This document shows, piece after piece, positions 11,430-26,203 of a stretch of DNA of 64,000 bases. The DNA lies in the NCBI GenBank assembly GCA_951406725.2, contig OX597816.1:8246001-8310000 (forward strand), in the 5' to 3' direction. Both the position numbers and the translations under genes were made by a program. How positions within the stretch are numbered: position 1 is the first letter of the stretch; every line of letters begins with the position of its first letter. The stretch comes from Octopus vulgaris (lineage: Eukaryota). The notes below the pieces were generated by a model. It ran no database searches. It saw only the letters and a program-made list of their open reading frames with translations, and was not told the origin of the DNA.

Positions 11430-12555
11430 TTAGTTAGTACATGCTTATTTAATAAGCAGGAATGTTATATTGAGATTTGAAGACAACAAGTCTCCTCAAA
11501 TTTCAAGAATTCTATATAGGTTTCTCGCAGAATATGGAATGGTGATCTTCCACAGGTCGACAATGCGAGTTTCAATTTCAGTCTCTTTCAGTCTTTTAGA
11601 TAACATTTTGGTTTTTGTGCCAAGTTCACCAATTACTACAGGAATAATTATTGTTTTGATCTTCCACATTCTCCTCAGTTTTTTGCCTAGATCCAGATAT
11701 TTCTCAATATTTTCAATTTCTTTGGTATCGAATCTTCTATCATAGAGAATTACAAAATCTATGATCCTACACTGTTTATTTTGTCCTATATTATAGGACA
11801 AAAATATTCGCTCCTTTTGCTTCAGTGACATGGTCAGTCTTTATGACACAGTCCCATGAGATCTTTTAATTCTCATTTTCTATCACAGCTTCTGGTTCGT
11901 GTCTGTACTATGTTTTTGTTGTCACACACTCAGCTAACACCCAGATACACTCTTTTGCCTACTCAATCACCAACATAGTCACGTCTGTGTTTATACTCCA
12001 TTTGTGCAAGTATACTGCACTCACTTAAAAGGTGGTTGATAATTTCGCCTATTTTCCTGTAGATTCTACATTTGATGTCTGACTGACTTTTGTTGATCTT
12101 TGCCTCTATCAAGTTTGGTTGTAAGGGCTTGTTCCTGAGCAGCTATAATTAGCGTTTCTGTCTCTCCTTTCAACTTCCTCTCCGTCAACCTCAGCCAGTG
12201 ATCCTTACTTCCAGCGTTCTCTGTTTCTTTCATGAATTAACTCTCTAGTCTTATTCCTTTCCATCTGTTTTCTCCGTTGTTCTTCCTTTTCACTTTGAAT
12301 TCTCTTACTGGTTCAGTCACTTTTTGGGTGTCGCTGACGGCCAATATTATCCTTTCTTTACTCTGCACAACTACAAGTTTTTGTCGTGGGGCTCGAGTTG
12401 GATTTGTAACTGTTTTCTTCATGTTCTTTACACAGCTGGTGACGTCCTGCACCTATATATGAAAACACACATTTTTCTTTTGTTACTTTTCTATACCAAA
12501 CACGAGCGCGAGAGAGCAAAGTCTGTTCATAATTTTCCCAATCTACGGAGAAATA
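11430..12555 (-). mobile_element. R4/Dong-like (restriction-like endonuclease) LINE 3' fragment
   Basis: ORF 11496-11831 IIDFVILYDRRFDTKEIENIEKYLDLGKKLRRMWKIKTIIIPVVIGELGT resembles the RLE C-terminus; its 3' end abuts (TGA/TAA)n. Confidence 0.75.
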
Positions 12556-12936
12556 GCTAAATTATCCCTGCTTATATATTTTCTGTACCGGTTGCATATA
12601 TTACACCACATCTTGATACTCTGGGGACTGAGATCCCCGTTGACACGCCCCTGATATTGAATAAAGTGTAAACACTTACGTTATGTATGTTAGTAGCCCC
12701 TGCTTTATATGGGTGGTGTAATATAAAACCAGGCTGCTTGTTTGCCGCGCATTGACCAAATTGGTGTGGACGCTTCTGATGAGAAGCCAATAAAATCGAT
12801 TGAGACTGCCCATAATTTTTTTTCCATTTTCGGAAAGAAGCTGAACTAACTCTGTTTATATATCTACTACATAGGTTATGTATGAGTGTGTGTGTGTGTG
12901 TGTGTGTGAGTGCATGCGTGTGTGTATGTGTGTGTA

Positions 12937-13640
<704 letters not shown>

Positions 13641-13672
13641 CGGAAAGCCGATCGAGCGCAGCAATCAGGAAA

Positions 13673-14677
13673 ATCCCACTTCTGACACCAGTTGTTACGG
13701 GACCTCCGCCGAAAGCTGTTACGGAATCCCACCTGCCGCCGCTCGAACTCGTCAGCCCGGGATCCCAACAAGTCGAGCGACGACGATTGACCAGGCTCGA
13801 ATCGATCGGCGAGTGTTCGCCACGGAACTCAGAGAGGAGAGAGATAACAACTACAACAACAGCAGGAAGAGACACAGAGATACAGCGGAAGGCAATTGGC
13901 TACGTTTAACAACTAGTTTATATGATTATTACAACATCAAGTACATTTAAAGATACATCAGATATATCAAAGAAGGAGAATCAACAGCATGCAGATGCAA
14001 TATAACAACAGCATTTAAAGAAAACAACAAATCAAGAAACAGGTATACAACAGATCAAAGCATTTAAACATGCAGATACAATATACAGTCCGGAGACAAC
14101 AGTTCTGTTTCAAATCACATTAACGTTACAGTTCAGAGGACAATTAACACATATACAGTTCAATGTTCATTAAAGACTACAACAGAGTCTCTCTCTTTCT
14201 TTAACAGTTCTGTAACACATATCAATACAATTCACATTGTTCTTTTTACTGTCTCATTTCTTTTACATTTCAATACATCGATTCTTTTTCCTTCTTTTTC
14301 TTCACATATCAATACAACAATTAACACATACCGTTACATCAGCCAATGTCTCACATTGTAGTTCATCTCTATAAGCTGCCTAATTCTCTGTATATCTCTC
14401 TCTGTCACAGCAGAACAAACCATTACTAACTCGCTGTACAATCCCAAACGCCGACTGCTAAATCCAACTGCCAACTGCTTGCCTTGAATACCAAATCCTG
14501 ACTGTCTCTCACACTCACAAACTGAACTGCTTACTTAAGGGGGCAGCCCTCAAATGGACCCTAATTCACCCGAAGGGGTCGGGGAGTTTCCCCAGAGCTA
14601 ATTAATCAACCCGCATATGGCAGAACAATGGATTCATTGCCAAAAGTAGGTCGCCGGCTCTGTCCTTAAGTTGGACC

Positions 14678-14683
<6 letters not shown>
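13673..14683 (-). mobile_element. LTR (~990 bp, TG...CA) with tRNA-Leu primer-binding site
   Basis: Minus strand starts TGTTGTGG (14683) and ends CCGTAACA (13693). After 2 nt follows TGGTGTCAGAAGTGGGAT, complementary to the 3' 18 nt of tRNA-Leu, a PBS typical of Gypsy-type elements. Confidence 0.8.
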
Positions 14684-15123
<440 letters not shown>

Positions 15124-15229
15124 TATATATATATATATATGTATGTAGGTCCCGGGTTGAGTCGGGGTTAACCACAGTAAATAAGGTACTCAATACATAG
15201 CAGAGTAAATTAATTTATTTTATAGAAGG

Positions 15230-15280
15230 AGCTTCTACAGGACTAGAACTGTTTCATTCAAAAGAAATCATCAGGAAGCT
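15230..15280 (-). ncRNA. Complete type I hammerhead ribozyme motif
   Basis: Exact reverse complement of 17442-17492. Confidence 0.85.
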
Positions 15281-15509
15281 AGTAGACAAGAGTTGTTTTG
15301 GCATTTATACATTTAGGCGGGTTTAAATGGGTGGTGGTGGGGGACTTTTTTGGGGGTAGGCATGGCGCAAAACTGTCATTATTAGAGGAGTGGTCAAAGG
15401 AATCGGTGGTAAAGTAGATAAAAGAATAAATAAAATAAAAGAATAAAAAAATTAAAAAATTAAAAAATATAAATAGAAAAATAGAGTTTTAGGTAAGTGG
15501 GGAGACTCT

Positions 15510-16183
15510 CACTTGTACATCTACATATATATATATACACATATACACACCCGCATATTCACATATATCTATACATATACATACATACCCACATATATAT
15601 ACATATATATATACATACGTACACATACATATACATATATATATATATACATACATATATACATATATATACACATACCCATGTACGTACACACAGATAC
15701 ACATGTATACCCACTCGCACATATATATACAAATGCATATACATGCACACACATACACACACATTTTTATTCTCTTATTTTAATTTTATTAACTACTTTT
15801 GTTTATATCTTTATTTTTATCTTGACCGGTCAGCCTGTCTCAAGGGATATCTAAAGATTCCGTTTATCTATCTACTTACTGATACGAACGCAAACACTCA
15901 CTCACGCCCACACACTCACACGTACACACACGCACGAGTTATATTCATACACGCCTACATCTACATACATTCACGTATATTCACATACACGCATACACAT
16001 ACATACCTCAACGCACCCACAGAAGACTAGTCCAAACATATACACTAATTAATATATATACACATATACATATACACATACATACACATACATACATATA
16101 CATACACATATACATATATATATATACACATATATATTCATATACATATACATACACATATACATTCATACATATATACACAT

Positions 16184-16220
<37 letters not shown>

Positions 16221-16235
16221 ACGGGAAGCTTTATG

Positions 16236-16273
<38 letters not shown>

Positions 16274-16461
16274 CATACATGCATACACATACACACACAC
16301 AGACACGCGCACATCTATATATACACATAAGTACATACATGCATAAATGTATACATATGTCTATACATATGCATACACATCCACACACACACGCGCCTCC
16401 TTATGTTCATAAAAACATACATGCATACAGGCATATACATATATACATACATGCATACTCA

Positions 16462-16517
<56 letters not shown>

Positions 16518-16653
16518 TATATACGTGCAGTTACCCATTATACAAACGGATACCTACATATAAACATACCCATATATACCTATTTACACATATGTATATA
16601 TACATACATACACACATAACTCTACATACCTACATATACATAAACACACAAGC

Positions 16654-16694
<41 letters not shown>

Positions 16695-17084
16695 CATACA
16701 CACATACACATATATACATATATACATATCCATATACACATACACACATACACATATACACCCACATACACACACACATATATATACATTTACACACACA
16801 TTTTTACACATATATGCATGCACACATACACATACACACACATACACATATATATACATATACATATACATATACATACATGCATACAAACGCATACTCA
16901 TGTAATAAATAATGAATAATAAATAATAGATATATATACACATGCAGTTGCCCTTTGTACAGACGGAAACATACATATAAGCATACACGTATATACCCAT
17001 CTACACATATGTATATATACATACATACATGCACATACACATAACTCTACATACTTACATATACATAAACACACGAGCGTACAC

Positions 17085-17142
<58 letters not shown>

Positions 17143-17309
17143 ATATATATACACATACATATATACACATACATACACATACATACACACATACACATAC
17201 ATACATACATTTACATACATACATACACACACACACATACACATACATACACATATATATACATATATATATACATATATATATCTATATATACATTACA
17301 TATATATAT

Positions 17310-17344
<35 letters not shown>

Positions 17345-17400
17345 TACATATACACATATATATATGTGTGTATAGATACATACATATATACACACATATA
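15510..17400. repeat. Degenerate AC/AT-rich low-complexity tract with ~410-bp internal duplication
   Basis: Mixed CATA/TACA/TATA units; 16510-16910 is similar to 16920-17350. Confidence 0.8.
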
Positions 17401-17441
17401 TAACCCTAAATGTATAAATGCCAAAACAACTCTTGTCTACT

Positions 17442-17492
17442 AGCTTCCTGATGATTTCTTTTGAATGAAACAGTTCTAGTCCTGTAGAAGCT
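17442..17492 (+). ncRNA. Complete type I hammerhead ribozyme motif
   Basis: AGCUUC-CUGAUGA-uUUC uuuu GAAu-GAA-ACAG uucuaguc CUGU-A-GAAGCU, with a 6-bp stem I, a 4-bp stem III and a GUA cleavage triplet. Confidence 0.85.
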
Positions 17493-17506
17493 CCTTCTAT
17501 AAAATA

Positions 17507-17592
<86 letters not shown>

Positions 17593-17895
17593 GGCGAAGG
17601 AGTGGCTGTGTGGTAAGTAGCTTGCTTACCAACCACATGGTTTCAGGTTCAGTCCTACTGCATGGCACCTTGGGCAAGTGTCTTCTACTGACGGAAACTG
17701 AAAGAAGCCCGTCGTATATATGTACGTGTGTTTGTCCCCACTATCATCGCTTGACAACCGGCAAAAGAGACCGATAGAATAAGTTCTAAGCTTACAAAGA
17801 ATAAGTCCTGGGGTCGATTTGCTCGACTAATGGCGGTGCTACAGCATGGCCGCAGTCAAATGACTGAAACATGTAAAAGAGTAAAAGAGTATATA

Positions 17896-17955
<60 letters not shown>

Positions 17956-19115
17956 ATTATTTATTTATATATACATATATATATGTATATATATATAAAT
18001 ATATATATATTTATTTATTTATATATATATTCAATTATTTATATATATATATATATATATATTTATTTATGTATTTATATATACATATACCCGGCGTTAC
18101 CCGGTTACATGAAGAATTAGACTTTTCTGTTATATTTTCTGAATGAACTTGAATATCTGTTTCGAATTTCATCAAAATTGCAGATGAGGGTTATTTCCCT
18201 CTTTACACACCCTAAAAAAATTGTAATCGTGCCACATGGAAACCAAAAGACGAATGATTACAATAAGCAGTTAGTTACCCTACCCTAGTCGTTACCACTC
18301 CCAATGTAGGATTCCTCACCGTCCAGGCGACAGACACAGCTGTAAGATGCATTACGAATCTATAGCAATTGGAAGGGCGTGACCCAACTGAAATCAATAT
18401 TAACAACTGTGTGACGTGAGGTCTTAGGAGAAATTAAAGTGTTACCTCTGGAGTTTGCAAATGACCACTATACTGATACGTAACTGGACAGGATGAATTT
18501 AAAATCTATAAATGTCTTTGAATAACCAGTCACTCATCTGGGAAGGCCTTGTAATCAATGTTACCATCTGGGACTATGTGTGACCGAGTGATAATAAAAA
18601 GACTGAAAGGAGGTCTGCAATCAAATAACTTTACTCAACACTTTGCAACTGAATTAGTGGAGACAAGGATGCCTCTCATTTACTTAACAATTTATGCACC
18701 ACATTGCAGAAATCACAATGTAAGTGTATGTCAAAGCAAACTGTTACACTTGTATCATTGAATTAGAAATAATACCCAACTTTTATGCTCGGGTAACCCT
18801 ACAGCTTCCAAGAGCACAACTGTATTCGTTTTTGCTTAGATAAAATGACAAAATTGTGGGTGTTAAGTCCCCATGGAGAGGTCTTTCTAACTTTGTAAGA
18901 AGATGAAATTTTATAAATATTATTTAATTTATGTCTAATATCTATGGTTAAAATTTCATCAACAGCAAAAATATATGAATTGTCATGGGGGTTATGGCCC
19001 TTATGCTTAGAATATAATTTCCAAATTTCACAAAGATACATTCAGTACTTTTGACCTAGTTTTGGATCATAAATGAAATGACTAAAATTTGGGAGTTAAG
19101 GCTCCCATTAGGGTG

Positions 19116-19176
<61 letters not shown>

Positions 19177-19456
19177 TACACACACACTCACAAAGATAAA
19201 TTGATAGATACAACTGAGTGGGGAAACAAAATATGAGACACAGCCTAGTGCTTTTTTATGTTGATAAGCCTAGTACTTATTCTATTAGTTTGTTCTTGTG
19301 AAACCAGTAAGTTTTGTGGATGTAAATAAATGAACAGCAGTTGTGAAGTAGTGATGAGGGCGAAACACAGACACAAAGACACACACATACACTTACATAT
19401 ATACATATATATACGATTGATTTGTTTCAGTTCCTGTCTACGAAATCCATATATAT

Positions 19457-22174
19457 TGTGTTGGCATCCTTTTTGTCTCGGGAGACAATGCAGTTGCGCA
19501 TAAAATAATCTCGTCCGGCTTTTACATTTCATGTCCTAATACATCTCCTGCTGTGGCTGTGTAGTCCTATCCTGGACAAACACTCCCTCTGGCAGGTGCC
19601 GCAAATGTAGCGAAGACTTTGCCTGGCTGGTTGTAATGTCATACTTTCTTGTTGACGTCTTTTCATGTCGTTCCATTTCTCCTCTCACTCTATGTCACTC
19701 TTTGTGTTCCCTCTTTTACGGTACGTTGCTAATCTCCACGGTTGCTGGTAACTGCTTCCCAGTTGGTAATATCGATGTTGCAGGCATTCATGTCCCTTTT
19801 GCAAACATCCTTGTATCGTAAGAACGGTCTTCCCACAGACCTAGTGCCCTTAGCAAGCTCTCCGTTGACTATGTCCTTGGATATTCTGCCATCTTCCATA
19901 CGGCTAACATGTCGAAGCCATCTCATACGTCTTTGTGTGAGAAGTGTAAACATGCTTGGTATTCCTGCTTGCTTGAGGACATCTTTGTTGAGGATATGAT
20001 TCTGCCATTTGATGCGAATGATTTTCCGGAGGCAGCGCAGGTGAAAGATATTTAGGCGACGTATGGCCTGTGTATGGCGTCCAAGTCTCACTTCCATACA
20101 GTAGAGTGCTAAGTACACATGCCTGGTAAATCTTCATTTTTGTGGTCTTGGTCAGCTTATTGTTGTCCCATGCCCGTTTGGAGAGTTGGGCCATCACAGC
20201 AGCTGCCTTGCCAATGCGAATATTGAGCTCAGTATCAAGGGATAGGATGTAGGTGACGGTAGAGCCAAGATAGGTAAACTTCTCCACCTCCTGTAGTCTG
20301 TGGTCTCCAATATGTATGTTTGGGATGGTCGATGAAGCCTGACCCATGATGTTGGTCTTCTTGAGGCTGATAAATAAGCCAAAGTTTCCACACGCTTGCT
20401 CAAAACAGTTGATGAGCCTTTGTAGGGCTTCTTCTGTGTGTGATACCAGAGCGGCATCATCAGCAAATAGCATCTCCTTGATCAGGACGCTTCTGATTTT
20501 GGTTTTGGCACGCAGACGCGAGAGATTGAACAGTTTCCCATCACTTCTACTGTGCAGAAACACTCCATCATCTGATGTCACAAAGGCATGTGACAGCAGC
20601 AGCGAGAAGAAGATGCCAAATAATGTAGGAGCAAGGACACAACCTTGCTTTACCCCATTTTTTATTTGGAAGGCGGTTGATGTTGAACCATTGTGCTGTA
20701 TGGTGCCTTGCATATCATCATGGAAAGATGTGATGATCCTCAGCAGCTTTGGTAGACATCCGATTTTTTGGAGCAGGATGAAGAGGCCTTTTCTACTTAC
20801 CAAGTCAAAGGCCTTTGTCAGATCAATGAAGGCCATGTATAATGGCATTTTCTACTCTCTGGACTTCTCCTGAAGTTGGCGTATGGAGAATATCATGTCA
20901 ATAGTTGATCTGCTTCTTCTAAAGCCAAACTGCGATTCTGGATAAATTCGAGAAGCAAGCAGTTGCAGCCTGGACAGGATAATGCGAGCAGAGGCCTTTC
21001 CAACAGTGCTTAGAAGAGATATTCCACGGTAATTGTTACAATCACCACGGTCACCTTTGTTTTTGTAAAGCGTAATGATAGTATCCCGCATATCCTGAGG
21101 GACTGTACCCTCTTCCCAGCACTGACACAGAAGCTCATGAAGGTGCCGAAGCAGGATGGTGTTTTTGCCGGTTTTGATGATCTCTAAGGGGATACCGTCT
21201 TTTCCCGGAGCCTTGTTACTTGCTAGGGAGTCAATAGCCTTGGTGAGCTCTGCTATAGATGGCAGACTGTCAAGTTCACACATGACTGGCAAGATCTTGA
21301 CACCCTCGATTGCAGCCTCAGCTACCGTGGTCTCTCGTGAGTAGAGATCCTGGTAGTACTCCACCCATCTATCCATTTGCTTGCTTTGGTCCTTGATGAG
21401 ATCCCTAGTAGTTGATTGCAGAGGGGCTGACTTGGTTGCAGATGGACCGAGAGCCTTCTTCAAACCGGCATACATCCCACGGGTGTCGCCACTGTCAGCA
21501 GCTGACTGGATACTCTGACAGATTTCCTGTCAATACCTATTTGCACAGCGTCTGGCAGTCAGTTGGGTTTTATTTCTTGCCTTTCTGAGTTCTTCGAGTG
21601 ACTTTATAGATGAATCACTCTTGTATTACATCAGAGCTGCTCGCTTTGTTTCGATAACTGTTTCCAGCTCTGAGAGCCCAGCACTGAACAAAATCTGGGT
21701 TTTGCCTTTCTCTCATGCCGAAAGTATCTATTGATGTGGTATACAAAACTTCCCTGATATAATTCCACCTACTTTCAGCAGAGGTGGTTGGGCAGCTGCT
21801 GAGAGCAACTTTGATAGAAACAGCAAAACATTGTCGCAGTGTAGGGTCGGAGGTTCTAGCAGTGTTAATGCGTGGTCGGCCCATTTTCTTGGAGTGATGG
21901 AATTTTTAGGCAGAATCCTCACCCTGCTTCTTATTAGTGAATGATCTGTGTCACAGTCCGCACTGTGGTAACTACGAGTCAGTTGAACAGAATTCAGAAA
22001 GGGTCTTCGTGTAATGATGAGATCCAGCTGATGCCAGTGGTGAGATCTTGGATGTCTCCAAGATGCCTTGTGGGATGTCTTGTTGGCAAAGAATGTGTTA
22101 GTGGTGCACAGGTTATGGTATGTGCAAAATTCAAGTAGTCTCTGGCCATTGTCATTCATGTTGCCAGTACCAAA
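19457..22174 (-). mobile_element. 5'-truncated RTE-clade LINE (APE remnant plus RT, frameshifted)
   Basis: ORFs 21728-22170 (WRHPRSHHWHQLDLI...DTDH), 20852-21475 (NNYRGISLLS...QFGFR), 19904-20848 (FIDLTKAFD, GVKQGCVLAPTLF, LFADD). ~74-bp direct repeat flanks. Confidence 0.93.
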
Positions 22175-22238
22175 ACACATACACTTACATATATACATAT
22201 ATATACGATCGATTTGTTTCAGTTCCTGTCTGCGAAAT

Positions 22239-22285
<47 letters not shown>

Positions 22286-22977
22286 TGCATACACACGCAT
22301 ACATACATATATATTTGGAATTTACAAAAGAAACGAACAAAAGACGAAGACGGGTGTGTAAACAGCAAACAGGTTTATTAGTTTAACTCCGGACTTAGGA
22401 AAATTTATATAGGGAGTAATATTAATTTTAAAATGAGATATAGGGGACACAAGAATTCATTTATTCACCCCTATATAAAAAATTACAGACATTTTAGTAT
22501 GTTGTAAGCATAAATATTTAGTGTCGTATAATATTCTTAAACTTTAAAATATAATTTTTTAGAATATAAAAGCTTTTTGAAAATACGGTCCAATTAGATC
22601 ATTAGATCCAATGAACACTTATGCACAAACCTGTAATCTTAAATTATTTTTTATAGTAGAGAATGGAATTTCCCATTGGCTATTATTTGCATGATTAACT
22701 AAAGTTAACCTTTCAATGAATTTCATTTCTTAGTTAAACGTGGTAATATGTCACTCAAAAACTGCACCAACAGAATGTTCACCATGTAGTGCTTTAATGC
22801 TTTTTGCTGTTTTTTACCTCGAGAAAGGAACCCTGAGGAAGGAAGGCTGAATTTCGAATACTTCGTACAACCACTTTTCTGAAAAGGCTGCAGGTTAGGA
22901 AAGAAATTTTAATCGCCTCTTTCAATTTAGGTTTTTATTTTTCATGTTTATATTCGTATTTCATTGTTATGTTTATA

Positions 22978-23542
22978 TTGGGTTGTCCGGAAAGTTCGTT
23001 CCGATTTTTAAAGGAAAGTAAAGGTCACTAAATACTTGCCATTGCATTTTTAATGAACCATATCTGAACCATTTCGTTGCACAATACGTCTCCATCTTTC
23101 CTTTACCCTGAAAATACCCTCTTCCCAGAATTGGGGTGGTTTCAAGGCAAATAATTCGTCAAGGTATCTTTTTACGTCATCTAAGGAATTGAAATTTTTA
23201 CCATTAAGACTTTTCTGCAGAGACCTGAATAAGTGGAAATCCGAAGGAGCAATATCTGCGGAATAGGGAGGGTTGGGTGACACATCCCAGCCGAGCTGCA
23301 GCAATGTTTGTCTGGTTCCCAAAGCATCAAGTGCCGAAAATGAACTTTCTCATCTTTTATTTTAAAGGGTTACAGAATTAACACAGGTTATAGGAACATA
23401 AACCTTTTTCCACGAAAAGATAGCTTAAACTGTGCTCTAAATGGAGGTGTAGTCAAATCCTATTTTATGGACTCAAACATGTTCTAAAATAAGTCGAAAG
23501 ATAAGCTGCTATAAATCGGCACGAACTTTCCGGACAACCCAA
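22978..23542 (-). mobile_element. Internally deleted mariner (DD34D)
   Basis: TIRs TTGGGTTGTCCGGAAAGTTCGT...ACGAACTTTCCGGACAACCCAA with TA flanks; ORF PPYSADIAPSDFHLFRSLQ. Confidence 0.92.
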
Positions 23543-24480
23543 TATTTCTATATTTTTACCATGAAACTTTTAACATAAATATGTGTATATTCGTATGGAA
23601 TAATACCTCATGTGCTACATCTGAGTTTTCTTGTCTGAATGTTTTAAGACAAATATCCGAAATTTTTATCGTATACCGCATTTTATTAATACTTAGCTCA
23701 TATACGGAGACAAAAATATTGTACTATATACTGCAGGTTATCTCCATTAAAATTCTCGTATTATATACATTATATATATATATAATATACACACTGAATA
23801 TTCTGTTACTAGTCCTTTGCCGATCTTTATATTGACCAGTCTCCGAGTATAACTTCCATGCTTGCACGCAAGCCGGTTTACTGCACTTTAGTTGCTTGCT
23901 GATGTTCGAAAAGGAAACTTTTTGCTCTAATATACGATTTTTGCTCTCGTGACTGGACTAAGGCTACGTTGTTTTCCCATTATTAATAAATTGTATAATA
24001 ACATTAAATTATAACTTTATATGGTGCATTTAGGCTCGTTGTGTGACCACCCATTTTGGCCAAAAAAATTGCATACATATTACATGGTCTTAAACTAATT
24101 TTGCCCGTAAGTTTGAAACGTTTATATTACGTTCTGAGTTCAAATTCCGCCGAGGTCGACTTTGCCTTTCATCCTTTCGGGGTCGATAAATTAAATACCA
24201 GTTACGCACTGGGATCGATGTAATCGACTTAATCCGTTTGTCTGTCCTTGTTTGTCCCCTCTATGTTTAGCCCCTTGTGGTCAGTAAAGAAATATATATT
24301 AATTTAGCATTAGAATTCTTCAAGTTGTCTAAAAATTGTTTGCATAATTCGAAAGATAAATAAATTTTGCATAAGGTGTAAACGATATAAATAATTTGTA
24401 TGGTGTTAGTAACAAAATATTTTGTAAAAAATAGAACTTTTATCGCCGGTCTTAAATATATTTTTGCCGGTGTATATATC

Positions 24481-25575
24481 TCAGGTCATCCCATAAGTTC
24501 TGTCCGAAATTTTGGATAAGAATCCAAGTGATCAAATGTTATATTTAATTGGAAATTAATCATCAATGTACTTTCCCTGATTATCTATGACTTACTTCCA
24601 TCTATTTACAAGCTTTTTAATCCCATCAATGTCAAGCTCTTTTGGTTTCAAAGCGAAGAACTCTGAAATGTCAGGTTCGACCTCCCCCTGGCTTGCGAAA
24701 GTTGTGTCCCCCTAATAATTCTGTAAACTATGAAACAAATGGTATCCTGAAGGAGTAAGGTCGGGAGAATAAGTTGGATGAAGAAATTTTTCCAAACCGA
24801 CCTCTTCGATCTTCTGTGATGTGATCTTTGCAGTGTGGGGTTGCGTATTGTCCTGATGAAACATCACTCGTTTTCGACTCACTAAAGTGGCTCTTTTTCC
24901 TTCAAAGCTTGGTTCAAACGCTATAATTGCTGACAGTAGATTTGAGCATTGATTATTGCATTAGGTGGTAACAATATAAAGTGAATTACGCCTTTGCAAT
25001 CGCACCAGATAGAGTAGAACCTTTTTCCCATGAAGTTCCCTTCTCGGTTGTGGTTGAGCATTTTCCCTTTTACCAAGCCACTGTTTACGACGTTTAACAT
25101 TTCGATAGAAAATCCATTTTTCGTCACAAGTCTATCGAAAAAGGGGTGAAATGAGTTTGCGAGAATGGAGAGAAGAGCAGATGTCAACTCGGAATTTGCG
25201 GTTGCTTTCGGACAATACATGAAGCACCTATTTTCCGAGTTTAGGAATCTTTCCACGTTGTTGAAGATAACGATGAACTGTTGTATGGTTTGAAGTAAGC
25301 TTTATTGCCAATTCTTCAACTGATAATGACGGATTTTCTTCAAGTAATGCCTCAAGGAGCTTATCATCAAACTCAGCTGGACATCCTATTTGATCTTCAT
25401 CTTCAATTTTGCAAACGATCTCCTGCAAGTTCTTTCATTCAAGCACTTTCTCATAAACTGAGTGTATGTTTCGAGTCACTTCGGCTGCAGAGTTACCTTT
25501 ATTGTACTCATAAAGAATTATATGTGCCTTAAATGCTCCTTGGATACTTCCATGTTGAAAGAGTTTTAATCAAAG
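24481..25575 (-). mobile_element. Degraded mariner transposase
   Basis: Broken frames HQDNTQPHTA...HPTYSPDLTPSGYHLF, WCDCKGVIHF...YCQQL, and an HTH-like LLEENPSLSVEELA. Confidence 0.82.
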
Positions 25576-25581
25576 CAATTT

Positions 25582-26203
25582 TAGGGTGTCCACGAAGTCT
25601 GGGTACATGGAATAAAATCATAACATAAACAAATATAAGAAATAATAATTTTCCTTTTTTACTTTTGTTTAAATTAAATAAAAAAATACTTTACTTTTCT
25701 AAATTTATTTGTTATTTTTTTCTACAGATGATCGAATGATGGCTCTGTCTAAAGAAGAAAGAATCCCAGATCGAATGATGGCTCTGTCTAAAGAAGAAAG
25801 AATCGAGTTAGTATTATTAAGTGGACGAGAGGGATGGTCTTATCGCAAAATTGCGGAAGAATTTAATCTTCGACACCCTTATAGGTAACCTATTTTTTTT
25901 ACTACCGTCGGGAAATTGATCAAGAAATTTAAAGAAACAGGCATTGTTTTGGATAAACCCCGTTCCGGGCGATCAAAGACTTCGGATGAAACGAAAGAGG
26001 CTGTCATGGCTAAAGTTTCTGCTAGCCCAAAGAAATCACTTCGTCGGACATCCACGCTGTTAGGTGTTCCAAAACCAACCATCCACAAAATACTGGTTGA
26101 GGAAAAGTTTCATCGATACAACCTACAGATATTGCATCACTTAAATGAAGACGACCCTGATAGACGAATGTAAACGTGTGAATGGTTTTCAGATAAATTG
26201 GAT
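25582..26203 (+). mobile_element. Tc1/mariner-family transposase N-terminal remnant
   Basis: MALSKEERIELVLLSG...IKKFKETGIVLDKPRSGR...SPKKSLRR (paired-like HTH). Small tandem duplication at 25725-25805. Confidence 0.78.

Noticed and set aside
12770-12812. CTGATGA...GAGAC possible degenerate hammerhead
   Set aside because: Stems I and II cannot be formed convincingly.
18088-19115. Possible Helitron (CCCGGCGTTACCCGG hairpin-like end)
   Set aside because: No CTAG terminus and no recognisable helicase motifs.
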